Positions 57,131 to 62,901 of a stretch of 64,000 bases of DNA are shown here, piece after piece. Positions within the stretch are counted from its first letter, which is position 1. Every line of letters starts with the position of its first letter. Position numbers and translations under genes: made by a program. Source of the DNA: a virus (lineage: Duplodnaviria; Caudoviricetes); IMG/VR virus record IMGVR_UViG_3300042508_000526. One strand, written 5' to 3'. The notes below the pieces were generated by a model that ran no database searches, had not been told where the DNA came from, and worked only from the letters and a program-made list of their open reading frames with translations.

Positions 57131-57952
57131 TCAAGTTTGCGGCACCAGTACATACGGCCGACCGTTAATCACAATAGTGCCGTTAATTTGCAGTCCAGCA
57201 TCTTTTGTAATCGGATAAACCGCGGTGCGCTTTCCGTAAAGTTTTATGATTTCGGCGATATCGCCTTCTTGCGGTTTTGTTACGTTCGGATCGTAGTAGG
57301 GCGCCATCAGGTTACCCGCGTTTAAATGCGGTAGCCCCAACGCGTGCCCCAGCTCGTGACAAATAACAGCAACAGCCATGTTGAACGACCAGTCTTCCGC
57401 TTCGTCGAACATCTGATCAAGCTGGACGTTTTCGGCTACACCGCACGGCAACTCGCTCCACGCCAGTGTGCCGCCCTTGTTATCTAAACCGTTTTTCTTT
57501 CCGACACCGGAGCGCGCATAAATGTTCGCCTTGGTGTGCGTATCGACGCGCTGCGGCTCCAGCGCACACACCTCTGCCCACTGCGAAAACGCAATGTCGT
57601 AGGCTTCGGCCACCTGCTGTTCTGTCAGCCCCGGCAAATGGATTTTGTGATAGTACGTCACATTCGGCATCGGCCACTTGCACGGATCGCCGCCCGGAGC
57701 GGTGATATTGAAGTCCGGCAGACCGCAGCGCCGCTTGTTGATGCGATGCGCTGTCTTGGGGCCCACAGTACCTGTGGGGTTTAAGCCGTTAAACGACTGG
57801 AAGGCGCGGATCGCTTTTTGCAACTCCGCGCCTTTAATCTTCTTGACCTGCGCCAGCGTTTTATCGCCGAAATACCCCAGCGCATGCAGCCGCGTGAGAA
57901 TCTCGCTGATCGGTAAAACGTGGGTTTCGTGAGCGGTTGGCTTCCGTGCCAT
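57131..57952 (-). CDS. Pro-matrixin (M10 metallopeptidase) with PGBD-like prodomain (273 aa)
   Basis: AIRAFQSFNGLNPTGTVG (PG-binding-like); cysteine switch RRCGLPD; HELGHALGLPH zinc motif; Met-turn LMAP. Confidence 0.9.
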   Translation of the reverse strand: MARKPTAHETHVLPISEILTRLHALGYFGDKTLAQVKKIKGAELQKAIRAFQSFNGLNPTGTVGPKTAHRINKRRCGLPDFNITAPGGDPCKWPMPNVTYYHKIHLPGLTEQQVAEAYDIAFSQWAEVCALEPQRVDTHTKANIYARSGVGKKNGLDNKGGTLAWSELPCGVAENVQLDQMFDEAEDWSFNMAVAVICHELGHALGLPHLNAGNLMAPYYDPNVTKPQEGDIAEIIKLYGKRTAVYPITKDAGLQINGTIVINGRPYVLVPQT

Positions 57953-57973
57953 CGTGCGCCTCCGTGCTTGATG

Positions 57974-58381
57974 TTAGCGCGCGGGAGCCAGTTCCATTAG
58001 CCCAGCAGCCGCGGCATCATCAATTGTATCACTTAGGCTGTACACAGCACCCACAACTGGATTATCACGCGTATAGGTCGTGCCAGTCTTTGCGCAATGT
58101 TCTCGCCATAAATTATTTAACCGACGGCGCAAGCGCATTAACTTCCGCGGCGGCAACGTGCGAAGCTCACGCATGTTTTGCGCAATAGATTCGTCCGAGT
58201 TTTGCTCGCGGCAGTGAATGATTACCTGCACCAACACCGAGATAATCATGATTACGAGAATCGGATCAAACTGGCAGTTCTCGTTATCTGCCTGCAGCAC
58301 AAGCTCATCCGTGAGCTTGCGTTGCAGGTCTTGCAAAGCCGGAGACGCAGCGATCCGCTGCTGCAGTTCTTCGGTGGTCAT
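57974..58381 (-). CDS. Hypothetical protein with central hydrophobic helix (135 aa)
   Basis: PILVIMIISVLVQVIIHC; TGATG coupling. Confidence 0.6.
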   Translation of the reverse strand: MTTEELQQRIAASPALQDLQRKLTDELVLQADNENCQFDPILVIMIISVLVQVIIHCREQNSDESIAQNMRELRTLPPRKLMRLRRRLNNLWREHCAKTGTTYTRDNPVVGAVYSLSDTIDDAAAAGLMELAPAR

Positions 58382-58752
58382 CAGTTCGCAGTCCTTTCAG
58401 CGCGCATCTTCTCGACAGCCACGGCTTCCATGTAGCGATACCGCGCATCAATCATCTGGGCACGCAGCTCAGTGCGACCAGCCAGATACTTCCAAATCAG
58501 CGCGCTATTGAGCACAACAATCTGCGTTGCGCCGACAATCGCCGTCACAGCCTTGGTCAGCGTCTCGGCCTGCGAGGTGTCAACCCATCCAACCAGAACG
58601 CCCACCGCGATCAGATTGCTGACAGCGCCCACAGCCATGGTCCAGAATTCCGGCGTCAGCCAGTTTCCGGTATCTACGTTCACATCGTCAGCGGCGCTAT
58701 TTAAAACGCGCAGCTCTTCGCGGACAGTTTCAACGCTTTTTTTGATCGCCAT
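58381..58752 (-). CDS. Two-TM membrane protein, holin-like (123 aa; start moved to ATG 58752)
   Basis: WLTPEFW then two hydrophobic helices and a charged C-terminus; AAGGAG RBS. Confidence 0.45.
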   Translation of the reverse strand: MAIKKSVETVREELRVLNSAADDVNVDTGNWLTPEFWTMAVGAVSNLIAVGVLVGWVDTSQAETLTKAVTAIVGATQIVVLNSALIWKYLAGRTELRAQMIDARYRYMEAVAVEKMRAERTAN

Positions 58753-58818
58753 AACACGCTCCTTAAGTAACGAGGAAAGCACATTATGCCCCGGATATGT
58801 TCCGGCTGCAATACGTTT

Positions 58819-59853
58819 TTATCGCCCAAACAGACTGGGTACGACGGCGTGCATCATACCGCCCCATAACCCCAGATCTTGTAACTTTGCTTGCCCAGCT
58901 GGTGTTAATCCGGCCATGGCTGACAGCGCTTTACCCGCCAGCGTCGCCGTGGCAAGCCCGACGCCCGCCGAGGCAATACCGTGAATAACGTCAATGGGCC
59001 GGATAATCGGGGATTGCATACTAGTGCTGATGCCACTCATTAAACCGGTCGTGGCCGCGGCGTAAGCTGGCGGCGTGTAATTGCTGAAGTTACCCGCCCG
59101 CATGCCGCGATTTACGTCTTGCCACGCGGCCTGATTAAACTGCGGCACGCTTACAATGGGGCTGTAGAGCGCTGGCGGCTGCCCCGGAAACATGCTGCTT
59201 TTTTCGCGCTCTTGCATCTTTTTTTCATACGGGTACACAACCGCCGTATTGTTATTTGTGATCAGGCCACGCGGAAAGCTTGTACGCAGCGCGCGGGCAT
59301 TGGCATAGCCGCCAAGCCCCGCCACGGCAGCGCCGCTCAGCGCGCCGAGTAAACCCAGCGTGCGGCGCAGTTTTCCGCGCTCGATATAGCGCTCTGGAAA
59401 CAGCTGCTCCGCGAGCATACCGGCGCCGTATCCAGTTCCGCCGGCAAGTAAGCCGGTCATAATGCCGTTCGACAGCGGCGATGGTCCCGCCAGCAGGGTG
59501 TTGCCCGTGTTCCACACCGCTGGCAAGCCGGGAACCAAGGAACCACGTTTGACGACGACCTGCTGCGCAAAATCGGGTGTTGCAGAAGACAACAAATGCG
59601 CCGCGCAGCTATATCCGCGTTCCGCCATAACCGCGGCGTACTTTTCGCGGGCATCGGCGGCGATCTCAATCGGGCTGTATAGCGTAACGGCGTTTGTGGT
59701 GGGATTCCAAGCCGCTACGGTATGCGACAGCACGTGCGTAGCTGCGCCTGCCTGCTCGTGCGCAACTTTGACCGCATGCGCACACGGCAACAGCTCTGCT
59801 ACTCGCGCCGGCACACGCTGCCAGTCCTCGACGGTGTAGATACTGGTTGTCAT
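58819..59853 (-). CDS. Glycine-zipper multi-segment protein (344 aa; start moved to ATG 59853)
   Basis: GLLAGGTGYGAG, GLLGALSGAAVAGLGG and GIASAGVGLATA; KVA, KYA, KRG and KSS motifs. Confidence 0.6.
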   Translation of the reverse strand: MTTSIYTVEDWQRVPARVAELLPCAHAVKVAHEQAGAATHVLSHTVAAWNPTTNAVTLYSPIEIAADAREKYAAVMAERGYSCAAHLLSSATPDFAQQVVVKRGSLVPGLPAVWNTGNTLLAGPSPLSNGIMTGLLAGGTGYGAGMLAEQLFPERYIERGKLRRTLGLLGALSGAAVAGLGGYANARALRTSFPRGLITNNNTAVVYPYEKKMQEREKSSMFPGQPPALYSPIVSVPQFNQAAWQDVNRGMRAGNFSNYTPPAYAAATTGLMSGISTSMQSPIIRPIDVIHGIASAGVGLATATLAGKALSAMAGLTPAGQAKLQDLGLWGGMMHAVVPSLFGR

Positions 59854-59854
59854 A

Positions 59855-60118
59855 TTAGTGCGCAACTGAAAAAACGAAGCGAAGTGCCAGCGAAATCCAC
59901 GCAAGAAGTCCGCTGATAGCTAAAAAAACAATAATCGCAGTCAGCAGCGCCACGCTACCCAGTTTTTCGAACGGAATTTTTTTAAACAGGTTCCACGCGC
60001 GCAGGTAATCAATCGCGTTTGGGGGTTTAGGCGGCGGTGCGGGCGCAGGTACAGGCTCGGGTTTTTTGGTATCGATCCCTAGAGCTTTTTTGATCATGTC
60101 GAGCAGCGGTGTGGCCAT
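59855..60118 (-). CDS. Small membrane protein with Pro-rich linker (87 aa)
   Basis: PEPVPAPAPPPKPP plus C-terminal TM; TAATG coupling. Confidence 0.6.
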   Translation of the reverse strand: MATPLLDMIKKALGIDTKKPEPVPAPAPPPKPPNAIDYLRAWNLFKKIPFEKLGSVALLTAIIVFLAISGLLAWISLALRFVFSVAH

Positions 60119-61425
60119 TATTTCTTCCCCCAACGAGAGATAGTGTCAAAAATATCATTGCCGTAAAGCTGCACAATCTTGTCCGTGGGGTTCATTTGCG
60201 GCAGCGTGCCGTTAATCGCCATCTGCGCCACTTGATAACGATAGTTTGGGTCAAGCTGCGACCGGTACAAGTGTGATTTATGCCGCGCCGCCATAATAAA
60301 GTCGCCGCGCTGTTTGGCCTTGAGCAAATGATCGGTCACGTTTTGAAAAACGGGCTTACTGTGGTCGTAGATAAGCGGCTCGCGGAAGTTCAATAGGTTG
60401 CGAAACTGTTGCCCGTACACGCTAGCGCCAGCTTTCTCTATTTTTTGGACTTTTTTGTAGTAGTCGGGGTCTTCGGACAAGTGATCCTTGGCAATTTCTT
60501 TGGCAACTTGACCATTGTCTGTGTGTTCGCGCTCATGTTTAGCTCCTTCAGCTAAAGCAGGTTCAGAAAAATCCCGATCGGGTAAATTATCGGCTTCACC
60601 GCCCGGTAACAGGTCTTTTTGTCCCGAACGGGAAAGTGCGTTTGGCTGCTGTTTTTCTGCGGCAGATACCTTCTCGGCGGCGCAGCGGCCGGATTTTTTA
60701 CACACGCACGTTTCAGGGCACATGCACGGACCGGAGCAGCCACAGTCGTACGTGGTCTTATCATCCGCGGCGGCTTTGAGTTCTCCCCTGCTGATGGGGT
60801 TACTAAACCTATGCTCGTCGGCGCTTTCGGCCGAGGTTTCGGAACCCTTGGCCGTGCCGTTGTCGCGTAAAACGCCTTTGCGCCGGACAGCGAATGTGAT
60901 GTGAAACGGTTGATCGTCCTTGGGCAGCGCCGAAAGGCCGTAACTCTTGCGCAAGGCAGACAGCGCCGGACTGAGCACATGTAGCGCCCATACTTTGCTG
61001 ACGCCGCGCACGTTTTTGACGTCAATTTCTTTTAGGCCGCCCAGCGTATAGCCGAACATGTGACCGCGTTCGTTAATCTTGTCGCCGCCGATTGCTTCTA
61101 CTTCAGCCGCCGTCATCACCGAGATGTGCGCATTGACCAACTCGCCATCGACGTTTGGTACATTCATCACGCCGGCAGTCGGCAGCTCAGTGCCGGGCTC
61201 GGTAAGGGCGTCAAATACACCGCGGACGAGCGCGTTGGGCACCGCCAGCAGCAACCAGCCGCTTTTTGCGAGATATAGCCGACCCGAAAGCGGGTAGCTC
61301 GTGGCGGCGTTCTTGTCGCCGCTCATATACAGCCAGCCTAGCGCGTTGCCAGCAGCGTAGGCGGGGTGCTCGCGGAAGTATTCCGAGTCCCACGCGAGCG
61401 GATCTAAAGCGGATAGCGTATCCAT
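60118..61425 (-). CDS. Multidomain protein: 2H phosphoesterase + Cys cluster + DUF5661-like domain (435 aa)
   Basis: Two HxS/T motifs (HISV 61117-61128, HITF 60892-60903); CGCSGPCMCPETCVCKKSGRC; GAKHEREHT...AKEIAKDHLSEDPDYYKK. Confidence 0.75.
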   Translation of the reverse strand: MDTLSALDPLAWDSEYFREHPAYAAGNALGWLYMSGDKNAATSYPLSGRLYLAKSGWLLLAVPNALVRGVFDALTEPGTELPTAGVMNVPNVDGELVNAHISVMTAAEVEAIGGDKINERGHMFGYTLGGLKEIDVKNVRGVSKVWALHVLSPALSALRKSYGLSALPKDDQPFHITFAVRRKGVLRDNGTAKGSETSAESADEHRFSNPISRGELKAAADDKTTYDCGCSGPCMCPETCVCKKSGRCAAEKVSAAEKQQPNALSRSGQKDLLPGGEADNLPDRDFSEPALAEGAKHEREHTDNGQVAKEIAKDHLSEDPDYYKKVQKIEKAGASVYGQQFRNLLNFREPLIYDHSKPVFQNVTDHLLKAKQRGDFIMAARHKSHLYRSQLDPNYRYQVAQMAINGTLPQMNPTDKIVQLYGNDIFDTISRWGKK

Positions 61426-61441
61426 GCGGGACTCGTCCTTA

Positions 61442-61517
61442 TGGCTGCCTGAGTAGGACTCGAACCTACGACCCGGCGGTTAACAGCCGCCTGCTCTACC
61501 AACTGAGCTATCAGGCA
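61442..61517 (-). tRNA. trnN: tRNA-Asn (GTT)
   Basis: 76 nt; acceptor stem TGCCTGA/TCAGGCA; D-arm TAGCTCAGTTGGTAGAGC; anticodon arm GGCGG-CTGTTAA-CCGCC; GGTTCGAGTCC T-loop; encoded GCCA end. Confidence 0.97.
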
Positions 61518-61523
61518 ATTTTG

Positions 61524-61670
61524 TCACGGGTGCGTAGTCATCGTTGGCATGTCAGTATGCCCGTGACTGTGCGCTACTGCGGCTAGCGCAGACACGAACA
61601 GAAGCAGACAAAACATAGCGGACGCGCCCCACGCCGCTACGCTCAATTGTTTACGAATTGTCATTGTCAT
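61524..61670 (-). CDS. Small hydrophobic peptide (48 aa)
   Basis: AAGGAG RBS; one TM or signal-like helix; overlaps the holin-like gene end. Confidence 0.45.
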   Translation of the reverse strand: MTMTIRKQLSVAAWGASAMFCLLLFVSALAAVAHSHGHTDMPTMTTHP

Positions 61671-62007
61671 GCTCGTGATCTCCTTGACGATCGCGCTCGT
61701 GCACAATAGTGACTTTGATACCAGCTCCGGCTAGCAAAGATATCACAAGATCGGTCATTGTGGAGCCGCCCATACCGGCGAGCACACAGATTCCGATCAA
61801 ACCGTAAACGTTCTCTGCTTTTCGGTAGTTTTGGTACCAAATCAGCGCAATGGCCAAACCCAGAAAACCGGCGTTGAGCATGGCGCTGACAACAGCTAGT
61901 TTAGATAACTTCTTGGCAAACCGCAAAAAGGTCGCCAAGCCTGCAAAAGCAGCAGCGCCAAATGCGCTAAAAAGCACCGACAACGAATGTAGTGTTTCGT
62001 CGCCCAT
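61651..62007 (-). CDS. Three-TM holin-like protein (118 aa; start moved to ATG 62007)
   Basis: Three hydrophobic helices and a charged C-terminal tail (HERDRQGDHEHDNDNS). Confidence 0.5.
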   Translation of the reverse strand: MGDETLHSLSVLFSAFGAAAFAGLATFLRFAKKLSKLAVVSAMLNAGFLGLAIALIWYQNYRKAENVYGLIGICVLAGMGGSTMTDLVISLLAGAGIKVTIVHERDRQGDHEHDNDNS

Positions 62008-62049
62008 GTTTAATAACTGCCGACTGTGTAACGATTTGTGAAATGTGAA

Positions 62050-62276
62050 TGTACGCCAAAAGCCCCTGCGATCCCCTGTCCGCAGGTCCGTGTCCCGACC
62101 GAAGTCAGGACTCCGCAGCAACTTTCAAGGACAAAATTTATCCTGTGTGGCATTTGCTGCTCCTCCGCCCGCGTGCCCGACAGAATCTGACCGCGGAACC
62201 TGTAACCCCGTTGGCATCCATGCCGCCGAAGAAACGCCTAACCAGCCGGCCACCACGACTAACTTTTGACGCACAT
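62050..62276 (-). ncRNA. Candidate structured RNA (GGA-rich sRNA or long 5' leader)
   Basis: 349-bp gap with no credible ORF. Helices GGC-ATGGAT-GCC, GCAGCAA/TTGCTGC enclosing AGGATAA/TTGTCCT, GTCCTGAC-TTCG-GTCGGGAC and CCTGCG/CGCAGG followed by GGCTTTT. The UUCG loop and G-U pair favour the minus strand. Confidence 0.55.
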
Positions 62277-62282
62277 ACAGTA

Positions 62283-62291
62283 ATTTTAACA
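62283..62291 (-). promoter_or_regulatory. Extended -10 promoter (TGnTAAAAT)
   Basis: TGTTAAAAT just downstream of a terminator and upstream of the structured region. Confidence 0.5.
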
Positions 62292-62333
62292 CTCGCGGTA
62301 TGCAGTAACTACAGACCGCTAAACAGATTTTCA

Positions 62334-62375
62334 AAGAACAAAAATACCGGCGCAATTTAGATATAACGCGCCGGT
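62334..62375 (-). terminator. Rho-independent terminator overlapping the GDPD-like gene end
   Basis: ACCGGCGC...GCGCCGGT followed by ATTTTTGTTCTTT. Confidence 0.6.
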
Positions 62376-62815
62376 TCGTTACTGCATAGCCCGGCTGGCT
62401 CGTAATTATCCAGCCAGCTGGGCTCGGCCAGCTCGGGAAACGCCGCGATTGAGCGCGGCGAAAGTTCGCGCGGCGGCATCGTCCAGATAAATTGCGCCGT
62501 GGTCAGCGACAGCGGAATTTCGCCGCCCATAAACGCGTGCGCGCCAATTGTGCACAGCGCGTCGAGCGTTTCGGCGTTGTAACAGCGCGACCAGACCCGC
62601 TGCTGGGAAAAGAAACTGGGCGGCGCGACACTGAAACCATTTTCGTTGGGCAGCACAAATCCGCCATTTAAAAGCTGCACATCGACGCAAACATGCCAGC
62701 CAGCTTTCAAACTCGCCTGCACATATTTCAGCGTATTTTCCAGCTCTGGTTGCCGGCCGTCGATGTTGCCCAAGTGCGAAATGATAATCCCGTCGAAGCG
62801 CGCCCTGCGTCCCAT
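62357..62815 (-). CDS. Short GDPD-like (glycerophosphodiester phosphodiesterase fold) protein (152 aa)
   Basis: IISHLGN...PELENT...LKAGWHVCVDV parallels the family's SHRGN...EN...G.D.EIDV. Confidence 0.55.
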   Translation of the reverse strand: MGRRARFDGIIISHLGNIDGRQPELENTLKYVQASLKAGWHVCVDVQLLNGGFVLPNENGFSVAPPSFFSQQRVWSRCYNAETLDALCTIGAHAFMGGEIPLSLTTAQFIWTMPPRELSPRSIAAFPELAEPSWLDNYEPAGLCSNEPARYI

Positions 62816-62901
62816 ACACTGGCCTTTTTTTTGTTAACAGCCGCCACAATTGCATGTGACGTATCGTACCGACGTTCGTGACCTATGTCCACGAACCTGT
62901 G

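Noticed and set aside
17593-60922. Other in-gene CANGGANG matches (about 17593, 19852, 37000, 60915)
   Set aside because: Only 1-2 closing pairs and far from starts; about 15 chance matches per strand are expected in 64 kb.
62156-62203. CAGG...AGCAG resembling SRP RNA helix 8, and GGGCGGAGG resembling RNase P
   Set aside because: No GNRA-capped short stem between the SRP motifs and no GAGGAAAGUCC core.
62245-62251. GGCCGGC resembling the 5' end of an HDV-like or theta ribozyme
   Set aside because: No complementary P1 3' strand or nested pseudoknot follows, and it is not at the tRNA 3' end.
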